Positions 35,050 to 45,147 of a stretch of 64,000 nucleotides of DNA are shown one piece after another. Positions within the stretch are counted from its first letter, which is position 1; each line of letters begins with the position of its first letter. Origin of the DNA: Rhodanobacteraceae bacterium. GTDB lineage: Bacteria > Pseudomonadota > Gammaproteobacteria > Xanthomonadales > Rhodanobacteraceae. The DNA lies in the NCBI GenBank assembly GCA_035695065.1, contig DASSEW010000007.1, positions 8,525-72,524 of the forward strand, written 5' to 3'. The translations under genes were made by a program, and so were the position numbers. The notes under the pieces are model-generated. The model was not told where the DNA came from and searched no databases. It worked only from the letters and a program-made list of their open reading frames with translations.

Positions 35050-37929
35050 TCACACCGTCAGCGGATTCGGCTTCTCCGGATCGAGCTTCCACTGCTTGAT
35101 CGCGCGGGCGACGTCCTGCGGGTTCATCGCGCCTTCCGCGGCGAGCGCGCTGATCGCGGCGTGCGCGATCCAGTAGCGGTCCACCTCGAAGAAGCTGCGC
35201 AGGTGCTCGCGCGTATCGGAGCGGCCGTAGCCGTCGGTGCCGAGCACGACGTAACGCTTGCCCTGCGGCATGAACGCGCGGATCTGGTCAGCGTATTCAC
35301 GCACGTAATCGGTCGCGGCGATCGCCGGACCGTCATGTTGCGACAGACACTGCGCCACGTACGGCACGCGCGGGTCCTTCGTTTCCGGATGCAGGCGGTT
35401 CCAGCGTTCGCAGTCGAAGCCGTCGCGGCGCAATTCCGAGAAGCTCGGGCACGACCACACGTCCGCGACCACGCCGAATTCCTGTTCCAGCAATTCCGCC
35501 GCAGCGATGCATTCGCGCAGGATCGTACCCGAACCCAGCAATTGCACGCGCGGGGCTTTGCTCTTGCTCTTGCGCTTTTCCGATTCCCGATTCCCGATTC
35601 CCGATTCCCGGCTCTTGCTCACTACCGCCTTCGCACTCGCTTTCGTTTCGCGCGGATGCGGGCCATCGGTTTCCGGCACGCGGCTCTCGCCCTGCTTGTC
35701 GGGCGAAGCCTGCGGCGTGGGCGAACCCGAAGGGATCGGATTATCGCCGTCGCGGAACAGGTACATGCCGCGCACGATGCCCTCCTCGCAGCCTTCCGGC
35801 ATGTCCGGATGCACGTAGTTCTCGTTCATCACGGTGACGTAGTAATACACGTCTTCCTGCTCGTGCAGCATGCGGCGGATGCCGTCCTGCAGGATCACCG
35901 CGACTTCGTACGAGAACGTCGGATCGTAGGCGCGGCAGTTCGGGATCGCGCCGGCCATCAGGTGCGAGGAACCGTCCTCGTGCTGCAGGCCTTCACCGTT
36001 CAGCGTGGTGCGTCCGGAAGTGCCGCCGATCAGGAAACCGCGCGCGCGCGAATCGCCCGCGGCCCAGGCGAGGTCGCCCACGCGCTGGAAGCCGAACATC
36101 GAGTAGTAGATGAAGAACGGCAGCATCGGCAGGTCGGAAACCGAATAGCTGGTGCTGGCCGCGATCCACGCCGAGATGCCGCCGGCCTCGCTGATGCCTT
36201 CCTGCAGCACCTGGCCGTTCTCGGCCTCGCGGTAGTACAGCAACTGGTCGGCATCCTGCGGCCGATATTTCTGGCCTTCGGGCGTGTAGATGCCGATCTG
36301 CCGGAACATGCCTTCCATGCCGAAGGTGCGCGCCTCATCGGCGACGATCGGCACCACGCGCGGGCCGATCTGCTTGTCGCGCAGCAGCAGGTTCATGCCG
36401 CGCACCAAGGCCATGGTCGTTGAAATCTCGCGGTCGCCGGTGCCCTTGGTAATGGCGTCGAACGCTTTCAGGTCCGGCGCGGGCAGCGGGTTGCTGGCCT
36501 TGCGCCGGCGATGCGGCAGGTAGCCGCCCAGCGCCTTGCGGCGCTCGTGCATGTATTCCACTTCCGGCGAATCCTTGCCGGGGTGGTAATACGGCACCGA
36601 CTCGATCTCCTCGCCTTCCAGCTTCGAATCGGGAATCGGGATGTTGAAGCGATCGCGGAACACGCGGATCGCATCGTGGTGCATCTTCTTGGCCTGGTGC
36701 GCGATGTTCTGCGACTCGCCGGCCGTGCCCATGCCGTAACCCTTGACCGTCTTGGCGAGGATCACCGTGGGCATGCCTTGCGTGTGCACCGCCGCGTGAT
36801 AGGCCGCGTACACCTTGTGCGGATCGTGGCCGCCGCGATTGAGGCGCCACACGTCGTCGTCGGAGAGGTTCGCGACCATCGCCGCGGTTTCGGGATATTT
36901 CCCGAAGAAGTTGTCACGCGTGTACTTGCCGCCGAACGCCTTGCAAGCCTGGTATTCGCCGTCCACGGTTTCCATCATCAGCTTGCGCAACACGCCCTTG
37001 CTGTCGCGCGCGAGAAGCGGATCCCAGTACGAACCCCATATCAATTTCAAAACGTTCCAGTCGGCGCCGCGGAACACGCCTTCGAGTTCCTGGATGATCT
37101 TGCCGTTGCCACGCACGGGCCCATCGAGGCGCTGCAGGTTGCAGTTGATCACGAAGATCAGGTTGTCGAGTCCTTCGCGGCCGGCGAGCGCGATCGCGCC
37201 CAGCGACTCGGGCTCGTCGCATTCGCCGTCGCCCATGAAGCACCAGACCTTGCGATCGGACTTCGGCATCAGCCCGCGTGCTTCCAGGTACTTCAGGAAC
37301 TGCGCCTGATAGATCGCCTGGATCGGACCCAGGCCCATCGAAACCGTCGGCGTCTGCCAGTAGTCGGGCATCAGCCACGGATGCGGATACGACGACAGAC
37401 CGTGCCCGCCGACTTCCATGCGGAAGTTGTCGAGACGATCCTCGTCGAAGCGGCCTTCGAGGTACGAACGCGCGTACAGGCCGGGGCTGGAGTGGCCTTG
37501 GTAAAACAACAGGTCGCCCGGATGTTCTTCCGAAGGCGCGCGCCAGAAATGGTTGAAGCCGACATCGTAAAGCGTGGCCGAGGAACCGAAGCTCGCGATG
37601 TGGCCGCCGAGCTCGCCCGGCCGGCGGTTCGCGCGCACCACCATCGCCATCGCGTTCCAGCGGATGATCGAGCGGATGCGCCACTCCATCGCCGCGTCGC
37701 CGGGCGATTTCGCCTCCAGGTGCGGCGGGATGGTATTGATGTATTCGGTGGTCGGCGAAAACGGCAGGTGACCACCCGCGCGGCGGGTTTCGTCCACCAT
37801 CCTTTCCAGCAACTGGTGCGCGCGATCGGTGCCCTCGGCGTTGATAACCGCATCGATGGATTCGATCCACTCGCGGGTCTCGGTGGGATCGGGATCAACG
37901 TCGAGTATTTCGCGGGTCAGGTCGTTCAT
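35050..37929 (-). CDS. aceE: pyruvate dehydrogenase E1 component (homodimeric type) with an internal low-complexity insert
   Basis: ORF 35050..37989; ATG 37929 (MNDLTREILDVDPDPTETREWIESI). ThDP motif CFMGDGECDEPESLGAI. C-terminal VQLLGSGTILRE...VLGTDGYGRSDTRE. Confidence 0.95.
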   Translation of the reverse strand: MNDLTREILDVDPDPTETREWIESIDAVINAEGTDRAHQLLERMVDETRRAGGHLPFSPTTEYINTIPPHLEAKSPGDAAMEWRIRSIIRWNAMAMVVRANRRPGELGGHIASFGSSATLYDVGFNHFWRAPSEEHPGDLLFYQGHSSPGLYARSYLEGRFDEDRLDNFRMEVGGHGLSSYPHPWLMPDYWQTPTVSMGLGPIQAIYQAQFLKYLEARGLMPKSDRKVWCFMGDGECDEPESLGAIALAGREGLDNLIFVINCNLQRLDGPVRGNGKIIQELEGVFRGADWNVLKLIWGSYWDPLLARDSKGVLRKLMMETVDGEYQACKAFGGKYTRDNFFGKYPETAAMVANLSDDDVWRLNRGGHDPHKVYAAYHAAVHTQGMPTVILAKTVKGYGMGTAGESQNIAHQAKKMHHDAIRVFRDRFNIPIPDSKLEGEEIESVPYYHPGKDSPEVEYMHERRKALGGYLPHRRRKASNPLPAPDLKAFDAITKGTGDREISTTMALVRGMNLLLRDKQIGPRVVPIVADEARTFGMEGMFRQIGIYTPEGQKYRPQDADQLLYYREAENGQVLQEGISEAGGISAWIAASTSYSVSDLPMLPFFIYYSMFGFQRVGDLAWAAGDSRARGFLIGGTSGRTTLNGEGLQHEDGSSHLMAGAIPNCRAYDPTFSYEVAVILQDGIRRMLHEQEDVYYYVTVMNENYVHPDMPEGCEEGIVRGMYLFRDGDNPIPSGSPTPQASPDKQGESRVPETDGPHPRETKASAKAVVSKSRESGIGNRESEKRKSKSKAPRVQLLGSGTILRECIAAAELLEQEFGVVADVWSCPSFSELRRDGFDCERWNRLHPETKDPRVPYVAQCLSQHDGPAIAATDYVREYADQIRAFMPQGKRYVVLGTDGYGRSDTREHLRSFFEVDRYWIAHAAISALAAEGAMNPQDVARAIKQWKLDPEKPNPLTV
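35558..35745. repeat. repeat-like low-complexity segment translated in-frame within aceE, including 4 x CGATTCC (35581-35608)
   Basis: GCTCTTGCTCTTGCGCTTTTC(CGATTCC)x4CGGCTCTTGCTC...; encodes ...AVVSKSRESGIGNRESEKRKSKSK. The motif is shared with the intergenic element at 62270-62380 (CTCGATTCCCGACTTTCGG, CAAGAGCCG). Confidence 0.55.
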
Positions 37930-37950
37930 AAGTAAATCCTGGAGCTTGCT

Positions 37951-38001
37951 GTAGGGCGGGCATCGCCCGCCAAGGTTTGCGGCGGACAATGTCCGCCCTA
38001 C
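37951..38001. repeat. REP pair of the GTAGGGCGG type
   Basis: GTAGGGCGGGCATCGCCCGCC (37951-37971) and GGCGGACAATGTCCGCCCTAC (37981-38001), inverted, in the aceE/maeB spacer. Same family as 8171-8239. Confidence 0.6.
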
Positions 38002-38007
38002 ATTGAT

Positions 38008-40353
38008 TCATTCGCGACGCATGCGTTCCGCATCATTCGCGTTTGCCTGCGCACGATCATTTCTATTTAAATTCGCGCCTTCGGCGCGAATTTGCGCCTC
38101 CACGCACGCGATTGCGCTCATGTTCACCACGCGGCGCACGGTCGCCTGCGGGGTGAGCACGTGCGCGGGTTTCCCCACGCCCATCAGGATCGGGCCGATC
38201 ACCACGCCATCGCACATCACCCGGCTCATGTTGAAGGCCGTGTTGGCCGCTGCGAGGTTCGGGAACACGAACATGTTGGCGCGGCCTTTCAGGCGCGAAT
38301 TCGGGAACACGCGCATCCGCAGTTCGGGATTCAGCGCCAGATCCGCCTGCATTTCGCCTTCCACTTCGAGCTTCGGCAAACGCTTGCGGATCAAGGCGAG
38401 CGCAGCCTGCAGCTTGCGCGTGACGTCGTTGTCGCGGCTGCCGAAATTGGAGGCCGCAAGCAAGGCAACCTTCGGCTCGATGCCGAACAGCTTCAGGCGC
38501 AACGACGCCTGAAGCGTCGCCTCCGCAATCTCTTCGGCGCTCGGATCGTCCTGCACGTGCGTGTCGAGATAGAAATACACGCCCGACTCGTTGGCGATCG
38601 CGGTCATGGAGGACGGCGCCTCCACTCCGCGATCCAGCCCGATCACGTCAAGGATGTAGGCGAGCTTTTTCTGATAGCGCCCGACCGTGCCGCAGATCAT
38701 CGCGTCCGCATCGCCGCGCGCCACCATCAGCGCCGCGATCACGGTCGAGCGCGAGCGCACCACCGATTTCGCCAGAGCCTGGGTGAAGCCGCGCCGCTGC
38801 ATCAGGTCGTAGTAGTGCTGCCAGTAATCGTCGAAGCGCGGGTCGGAGTGGATGTTGCACAGTTCAAAATCGCGGCCTGCTTCCAGACGCAGGCCGACGC
38901 GCTCGATGCGGCGCGCAATGACCTCCGGTCGGCCGATCAGGATCGGCCGCGCGAGCTTCTCGTCCACCACCGTCTGCACCGCGCGCAGCACGGTTTCCTC
39001 TTCGCCTTCCGCATACACCACGCGCTGCGGGTTGGCCTTCGCGCGCTCGAACACCGGCTTCATCACCAGGCCCGTGCGGAACACGAACTGCATCAGCTTT
39101 TCGGTGTAGGCCGTGAGATCGTCGATCGGACGGGTAGCCACGCCCGATTCCATCGCCGCCTTCGCCACCGCCGGCGCGAGCTGCACCAGCAGGCGCGGAT
39201 CGAACGGCTGCGGGATCAGGTACTCCGATCCGAAATGCGGCGGCTTGCCACCGTAGGCGCGCGCGGCAACGTCGGAACCTTCGCGTCTTGCGAGTTCCGC
39301 GATCGCGTGCACGCAGGCGACCTTCATCGCCTCGTTGATCGTGGTCGCACCGACGTCCAGCGCGCCGCGGAAGATGTAAGGGAAGCAGAGCGCGTTGTTG
39401 ACCTGGTTGGGGAAGTCCGAGCGGCCGGTGGCGATCACGCAATCCGGGCGCAGGCGCAGCGCGATGTCCGGCATGATCTCCGGTTCCGGATTGGCGAGCG
39501 CCAGGATGATCGGCTTTTTCGCCATGCTCGCCAGCAGTTCCGGCTTCAGCACGCCGGCGGCGGAGAGGCCCAGGAACACGTCCGCGCCCTGCACGATTTC
39601 TGCGAGCGAGCGCGCCTTGGTGTCGCGCGCATAACGCGCGCGATCGGCGTCCATGCCGGCGCGACCGGTGTAGAGCACGCCTTCGCGATCGATCGCGAGA
39701 ATGTTTTCCGGCTTCACGCCCAGCGCGACCAGCATGTCGAGGCATGCGATGCCCGCTGCGCCCGCGCCTGCATGCGCGATCCGCACGTCTTCGATGTTCT
39801 TGCCGACCACGCGCAGCGCGTTGATCAGCGCCGCACCGACGATGATCGCGGTGCCGTGCTGGTCGTCGTGGAAAACCGGGATCTTCATCCGCTCGCGCAA
39901 TTTGCGTTCGACGATGAAGCATTCCGGCGCCTTGATGTCTTCGAGATTGATGCCGCCGAAGGTCGGCTCCAGCGCGGCGATGATGTCCACCAACTTGTCC
40001 GGGTCCTTCTGCGCGACCTCGATGTCGAAGACATCGATGCCGGCGAACTTGCGGAACAGCACGCCCTTGCCTTCCATCACCGGCTTGCCGGCGAGCGGGC
40101 CGATGTCGCCGAGGCCCAGCACGGCGGTGCCGTTGGTGATCACCGCGACCAGGTTGCCGCGCGCGGTGAGTTCGGAAGCCTGCTGCGGATCCTCGACGAT
40201 CGCCTCGCACGCGGCGGCCACGCCGGGCGAATACGCCAGCGACAGTTCGCGCGCATTCAACAGCGACTTGGTGGGAGTGACGCGGATCTTTCCGGCCGGC
40301 GCATGGCGGTGGTATTCCAGCGCGGCCTGCTTGAGTTCTTCGGGGAGACTCAT
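38008..40353 (-). CDS. maeB: NADP-dependent malic enzyme (malic enzyme + phosphate-acetyltransferase-like C-terminal domain)
   Basis: ORF 38008..40464; ATG 40353 ([23 protein letters not shown]). [43 protein letters not shown]. About 330-aa PTA-like tail. Confidence 0.95.
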   Translation of the reverse strand: MSLPEELKQAALEYHRHAPAGKIRVTPTKSLLNARELSLAYSPGVAAACEAIVEDPQQASELTARGNLVAVITNGTAVLGLGDIGPLAGKPVMEGKGVLFRKFAGIDVFDIEVAQKDPDKLVDIIAALEPTFGGINLEDIKAPECFIVERKLRERMKIPVFHDDQHGTAIIVGAALINALRVVGKNIEDVRIAHAGAGAAGIACLDMLVALGVKPENILAIDREGVLYTGRAGMDADRARYARDTKARSLAEIVQGADVFLGLSAAGVLKPELLASMAKKPIILALANPEPEIMPDIALRLRPDCVIATGRSDFPNQVNNALCFPYIFRGALDVGATTINEAMKVACVHAIAELARREGSDVAARAYGGKPPHFGSEYLIPQPFDPRLLVQLAPAVAKAAMESGVATRPIDDLTAYTEKLMQFVFRTGLVMKPVFERAKANPQRVVYAEGEEETVLRAVQTVVDEKLARPILIGRPEVIARRIERVGLRLEAGRDFELCNIHSDPRFDDYWQHYYDLMQRRGFTQALAKSVVRSRSTVIAALMVARGDADAMICGTVGRYQKKLAYILDVIGLDRGVEAPSSMTAIANESGVYFYLDTHVQDDPSAEEIAEATLQASLRLKLFGIEPKVALLAASNFGSRDNDVTRKLQAALALIRKRLPKLEVEGEMQADLALNPELRMRVFPNSRLKGRANMFVFPNLAAANTAFNMSRVMCDGVVIGPILMGVGKPAHVLTPQATVRRVVNMSAIACVEAQIRAEGANLNRNDRAQANANDAERMRRE

Positions 40354-40433
40354 GATGGCGTGAACGCGAGCGTGACCGCTGAATATATCACGCGGCCTGC
40401 ACGCTTCCGCGGGACAGGATCGCACCCGAAGGA

Positions 40434-40458
40434 GCGGAGCGGCATCGCGCCGCTCCGC
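40434..40458 (-). terminator. hairpin downstream of the autotransporter gene
   Basis: GCGGAGCGGC-atcgc-GCCGCTCCGC 19 nt after the stop. On the minus strand it is followed by TCCTTCGGGTG (poor U-tract). Confidence 0.4.
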
Positions 40459-40476
40459 CGGCATTGCATCAGAACA

Positions 40477-43400
40477 TCAGAACGACACGTCGAGGCTCAG
40501 CTTCGCCGCCTGATCCTTGGCGCTGTTCGCCCACTGGCCGTTGTAGCTCGCATCCAGCTTCATGTTCGGCGTGAGCTTCCAGTTCGCGCCGAAATTCACC
40601 ACCGCCGCGTTCTGCGCCACCGGCACGCCGTAAATGGTGAAGGCATCGCCGCCGCTGAGGAACTGCATCGTGCGCTGCGGCGTGGTATCACCGAACGCAT
40701 GCTGCCAGCCCAGACCGCCGTGCAGTTCCGTACCGCCGAACTGCCACGAGCCACGCGCGCCGAGGGTGCTGAAGGAAACATTCTCGCGCTCGCCGAACGC
40801 ATGCAGCGCCGCATCGCCGCCGACCTCGGTGGTCGCGTCGGTGCTGAGACGGACATGCGCAAGGTTGAGGTAGGGCTCGTAGTCGCCCGAGGTGGTGTGG
40901 ATCTTCCACGCGCCTTCGATGAAGCCGGTCAGCGTGTTTCCGATGGCGTTCGAGGACAGCCGTTCGCTCACGCCGGAGAATTCGACGTCACGATTGACCG
41001 GGATCCGGTCCCACGCGTATGCCACGCCTGCGCGCAACGCGAACGGCCCGTTGCCGACCCCGCCGTACACGCCCAGCCAGTCCGACGTGGTGCGTCCCCA
41101 GGAATTACGGTCCTGCACGCTGAGCGAATTGCGCGCGCTGCCGCCGGTGAAACCGACGCGCGCCTGCGTGCCGACCGGCAGGTCCGCGCCGACCAGCAAG
41201 CCGTCGCCGTTGTTGCTCAGCTTCGCGGCATTGCCGTCGCCATCCACCGAGCCCCAGTGTCCCCACACGTGCGCCCAAGCATCCAGGGCACCGGTGCCGC
41301 CTTCACGCAAGCGTTGATCCATCGCCTCGCGCACGAACCGGCTGTCGTCCACGCGCGCGGTTTGCTGGCTGGCGTGCAATTCGCCGGAGAGCTGGTCGAA
41401 GGCGGCATTTCGCGTGGCCGCGTCCATCGGCAACAGCGACAGGAACAGCGGACTGTTGAAGCCCACGCCCACGGCAGCACTGCTGGCACCACCTGCGGTT
41501 GCGTACTGGTTGGGCGTCTGACCCGACGCGGCGAAGCTGATGTCGTTGCGCACCAGCCACAACACCACCGCATTGCTCTGGTACGTGAGCACCGCATCGA
41601 GGTAAGGCAGGTTGTCGCTCGCGCCCGCGAATTGTCCGCTGACCCCACCCGCCGCGTTGACGAGCGTGTAGGTGATGTAGGTCGGGTAAGTGCCGGCTTG
41701 CGCCTGCACCTGCACGGTGCCGCCCTTGATGCTGACGTTGCCGCCGACGTCGAGCAGATCCGCGCTGCCGTCCGGCGCGGCCTCGGCGCTCAAGGTCGAG
41801 CCCGATTCGAACGTCGCGTCACCGGCGACATGCAAGGTGCCGATCGAGCCGCCCGGGCTCACCGTACCGAAGGCATCGAGCCCGCCGATTGTGCCATGGC
41901 CGCCCAGAGTGGCGCCGCTGTCCACCGTGACCGTGCCGCCGAGCGTCGTGTCCGGATGGCTGGCATCGCCAACCAGCAAGGTACCGGCCTGCACTTCGGT
42001 ACCACCGGCGAAATTCGCACTGCCGGACAAGGTCCAGGTGCTGGTGCCGCTCTTGCCGAAGCGGTTGAACCCGGCGAACTGCGTCGTCCCTGCGTATGGC
42101 GCGGCCGTGGACACGACATTCGCGAGGTCGAAGCTGTCGTTGGCGGAGCCGCCGAGCGCCAGCTTGTCGCCGCCATTGGTGGCACCACTGGTGCTCACCA
42201 CATTGCCGACGAATTTGTAGCCGGACTCGAGGGTCAGCGTGTTGCCGCCGCCGGAGAAGTCCACGGCATCCGCTTGCGTGCTGCCGTCGGCCGACATCCC
42301 GCCGGCGATGGTGCCGCTGTTGAACACGTTTGCGCCTCCGGTGCCAACCACGCCCGCACCGCCGAGGCCCGAAGCGCCGGCCGCATAGCCGCTGCTGGCA
42401 GAGCCGCCGTTACCGCCATTGCCGCCGTAAATCTGGCCGCTGTTGGTAAGCGTCGCGTTTCCGACGATGGCGCCGGCGCCACCGGCACCGCCGGCACCGC
42501 CATTACCGCCGTTGCCGTATCCGCCCCCGCCACCCCAGCCGCCATAAATGTGGCCGGTGTTGGTCAGCGTCGCGTTGCCGCCGAGCACGGCTCCGGCGCC
42601 GCCTGCGCCCGCGGCGCCGCCGTTGGCATAGCGACCGAAGCCCCCCTCGCCGCCATCACCGCCATACAGCGAGCCGCTGTTCGTCAGCGAGGAAGCGCCC
42701 CCGAGCACGGCGCCGCTGCCGCCCATGCCGCCGGTGCCGCCCGTGCCGTAGTAGCCCTTGCCGCCCGAGCCGCCAGAGCCGCCGTAGATCGAGCCGCTGC
42801 TGGTCAGCGTGGACGCGCCGGTCAGCGCGACGCCGTTGCCGCCCGCGCCGCCTGCACCGCCGGCTCCTTGGTAACCATATTTGCCATCCCCACCCCTGCC
42901 GCCGAAGATTCCGGCGCTATTGGTCAGGCTGGAAGCGCCGTCGAGCGTTGCGCCATTGCCACCGATGCCACCCGCGCCACCGGCGCCGTGGTAGCCATAT
43001 CCACCGATACCGCCTTCGCCGCCGGCCAGGACATTGTTGTTGACCAGGCTGGACCCCGTGCCGAGCACCGCGCCCGCTCCGCCCGCGCCACCCACGCCAC
43101 CAGTGCCGTAATAGCCTTCACCACCCCAGCCACCCGCACCGCCGATGAAATAGCCATTGTTGGTCGCCGTGCTGGAGTGACTCAGCATGACGCCTACACC
43201 GCCCGCGCCACCCGAGCCACCCGCGGCGTAATAGCCCTCGCCGCCGCTGCCGCCATAGCCGCCTCTCACAAGAGCCTCGGCGCCGTTGTTCACCTGACTG
43301 GAATGATCCAGCACCATGCCTGTGCCGCCGGCGCCGCCTGTGCCGCCCGCGGCGTAGTAGCCCTTGCCGCCGATGCCGCCCGAGCCACCGCCGATGAAGC

Positions 43401-45078
43401 CGGTGTTGTTCACTTGGCTGGAGTTGTCCAGCGACATGCCCGAGCCGCCGGCGCCGCCGGTGCCGCCCGCGTAGCCGCTGGTGTATGCGCTGGTGCTGAT
43501 TGCAGTGGTCAAAAGAGGCTGACCAAGGTACTTGGCGTAACCGCCGCTCCCCCCCGAGCCTCCCTGAATCTCGCCACTGTTGGTAAGGGTGAATCCGGAC
43601 AGGGACGCACCGATGCCGCCCACGCCGCCTGTGCCGGCGATCCCACCCGCGCCGGCATAGGTGCCGAGCGCTGTCGTCGGATTGGTGGTGCCGGTGTACT
43701 TGCCGACGGCCAATGCGCCACCCCGACCACCTTGGCCACCGCCGATGAACCCGTTGTTGCTGCTGTTCGGATCGTTGCCGGTGCCGCCCGCGTATAGACC
43801 GACACCGCCGGCGCCGCCGGTCGAACTGCCGAAGATGAATGGGAATGGGGTGATCAGGGCGCCGTTGCCAGCATTACCGCCAACAATCGTGCCGGTGTTG
43901 CTCAGGCTCAAATGGCCCTGCGACACCAGACCGGCCCCGCCATTGCCGGGTTTGGTCCACGAACCGAAGGGACAGGAGTTGTAGCACGCCGCTTCACCAC
44001 CGGCTATCGCGCCAGCGTTGTTGACAGTGGTGTAGCCGCTGTCGATCGCCGCCACCGCGACGCCCGCGCCGCCATCGCCGCCGCCGTAGCCGCCGCGCCC
44101 CCCGTGCAATACGCCGCCGTTGGCCAGAGTACCACCCGCGCTCATCAGCACGCCGGCGCCACCACCGCCGCCGCCGGCGTATTTGCTCGCGCTGCCGCCG
44201 TAGCCACCCCCCACGTACCCCGTATTGGTGAACGTGACCGCGGAGGTCACCCGGACCGCCGCGCCGCCGCCGCCGCCACCACCACCGGCTACCGCCGCAT
44301 ACTTCTGCGGAGAGTAACCCCTTCCGCCATATCCACCATGTCCACCCAGGATCTCGCCCGAGTTGGTGGTATCGGTGCTGATGCCGATGCCCAGGGCGCC
44401 GCCGCCGCCACCACCGCCGCCACCAGCCGCACTGGATCCGTAGCCGCCGCCACCACCGCCGCCCACTCCGTTGTTGGCGAGACCACCACCGGCTCCGCCG
44501 CCACCGCCACCGCCGGTTATGTAACTACCAGCCCCGCCGACCACACCGGCACCGCCGGCACCGCCACCGGTGCTGCCGCTGCCGCCAAGGCCGGCCGCGT
44601 TGGCCGTGCCTCCGCTGCCTCCGCTGCCCAGGCCTGAACCGCCGGTCCCGCCGTAGCCGCCCACGCCACCATCGTTGGTGCCGGGCATACCGCCTGTCCC
44701 GCCCACGCCGCCGGCGGTGGAATATCCGTCACCGCCCGGGCCGCCATTCGTGCCGAACACGCCACCGCTGAGGGTCACCAGCGTGCTGACGCTGCCCGCG
44801 CCCAGCGCAATGCTGTTGCTCGCATACAGGCTCACCCCGCTGCCGCCGACGCAGGAAGTCGCATCGGCCGGACAAACCGCCGCTGCCGCCGGCAAAGCCG
44901 CACCCGCCACCATCAGCGCCAGACCCACCGCGCAGGCGCGCGCCAGAGGGCGCTGCGCAGGCAGTTGCGAACAACCTTCTCCGGTCGCGCCGCCGCCACC
45001 GGGCGCGCGGGTCAATTCCGAAGCGACCTGCAACACGCGCAGCGCGCGATTCCAGACCAGCCGATAGGTGCGGTTCAC
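40477..45078 (-). CDS. type Va autotransporter with ESPR signal peptide and glycine-rich repetitive passenger
   Basis: ORF 40477..45411. GTG 45078 gives (M)NRTYRLVWNRALRVLQVASELTR, the extended-signal-peptide-region motif, with AGAGGGG 6 nt upstream. The passenger has PATR-like units (TWTLSGSANFAGGTEVQAGTLLVGD). The C-terminal beta-barrel domain ends ...KLSLDVSF. Alternative ATG at 45159. Confidence 0.9.
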   Translation of the reverse strand: MNRTYRLVWNRALRVLQVASELTRAPGGGGATGEGCSQLPAQRPLARACAVGLALMVAGAALPAAAAVCPADATSCVGGSGVSLYASNSIALGAGSVSTLVTLSGGVFGTNGGPGGDGYSTAGGVGGTGGMPGTNDGGVGGYGGTGGSGLGSGGSGGTANAAGLGGSGSTGGGAGGAGVVGGAGSYITGGGGGGGAGGGLANNGVGGGGGGGYGSSAAGGGGGGGGGALGIGISTDTTNSGEILGGHGGYGGRGYSPQKYAAVAGGGGGGGGAAVRVTSAVTFTNTGYVGGGYGGSASKYAGGGGGGAGVLMSAGGTLANGGVLHGGRGGYGGGDGGAGVAVAAIDSGYTTVNNAGAIAGGEAACYNSCPFGSWTKPGNGGAGLVSQGHLSLSNTGTIVGGNAGNGALITPFPFIFGSSTGGAGGVGLYAGGTGNDPNSSNNGFIGGGQGGRGGALAVGKYTGTTNPTTALGTYAGAGGIAGTGGVGGIGASLSGFTLTNSGEIQGGSGGSGGYAKYLGQPLLTTAISTSAYTSGYAGGTGGAGGSGMSLDNSSQVNNTGFIGGGSGGIGGKGYYAAGGTGGAGGTGMVLDHSSQVNNGAEALVRGGYGGSGGEGYYAAGGSGGAGGVGVMLSHSSTATNNGYFIGGAGGWGGEGYYGTGGVGGAGGAGAVLGTGSSLVNNNVLAGGEGGIGGYGYHGAGGAGGIGGNGATLDGASSLTNSAGIFGGRGGDGKYGYQGAGGAGGAGGNGVALTGASTLTSSGSIYGGSGGSGGKGYYGTGGTGGMGGSGAVLGGASSLTNSGSLYGGDGGEGGFGRYANGGAAGAGGAGAVLGGNATLTNTGHIYGGWGGGGGYGNGGNGGAGGAGGAGAIVGNATLTNSGQIYGGNGGNGGSASSGYAAGASGLGGAGVVGTGGANVFNSGTIAGGMSADGSTQADAVDFSGGGNTLTLESGYKFVGNVVSTSGATNGGDKLALGGSANDSFDLANVVSTAAPYAGTTQFAGFNRFGKSGTSTWTLSGSANFAGGTEVQAGTLLVGDASHPDTTLGGTVTVDSGATLGGHGTIGGLDAFGTVSPGGSIGTLHVAGDATFESGSTLSAEAAPDGSADLLDVGGNVSIKGGTVQVQAQAGTYPTYITYTLVNAAGGVSGQFAGASDNLPYLDAVLTYQSNAVVLWLVRNDISFAASGQTPNQYATAGGASSAAVGVGFNSPLFLSLLPMDAATRNAAFDQLSGELHASQQTARVDDSRFVREAMDQRLREGGTGALDAWAHVWGHWGSVDGDGNAAKLSNNGDGLLVGADLPVGTQARVGFTGGSARNSLSVQDRNSWGRTTSDWLGVYGGVGNGPFALRAGVAYAWDRIPVNRDVEFSGVSERLSSNAIGNTLTGFIEGAWKIHTTSGDYEPYLNLAHVRLSTDATTEVGGDAALHAFGERENVSFSTLGARGSWQFGGTELHGGLGWQHAFGDTTPQRTMQFLSGGDAFTIYGVPVAQNAAVVNFGANWKLTPNMKLDASYNGQWANSAKDQAAKLSLDVSF
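42300..43620 (-). repeat. about ten tandem 120-nt (40-aa) coding repeats in the autotransporter passenger
   Basis: Units such as GATLDGASSLTNSAGIFGGRGGDGKYGYQGAGGAGGAGGN, GVALTGASTLTSSGSIYGGSGGSGGKGYYGTGGTGGMGGS and GAVLGGASSLTNSGSLYGGDGGEGGFGRYANGGAAGAGGA. Boundaries are approximate. Confidence 0.7.
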
Positions 45079-45147
45079 GGGGATCCCCTCTATGTGTTGT
45101 GGTTCGATGAGTTCACGTGCCGGCCATGAAAGAGTCGAAGGCCTACA

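Noticed and set aside
42300-43620. Regular 120-nt periodicity that could be mistaken for a CRISPR or satellite array
   Set aside because: The repeats are imperfect, contiguous without unique spacers, lie within one continuous reading frame, and encode a coherent 40-aa protein repeat. No cas genes are present.
38092-43797. 1901-aa ORF on the plus strand, the longest ORF in the track
   Set aside because: It runs antisense to maeB and to the autotransporter. It has Ala/Arg/Gly-rich junk composition and no motifs. Long antisense ORFs are expected in high-GC DNA where stop codons are rare. The minus-strand genes have clear family signatures.
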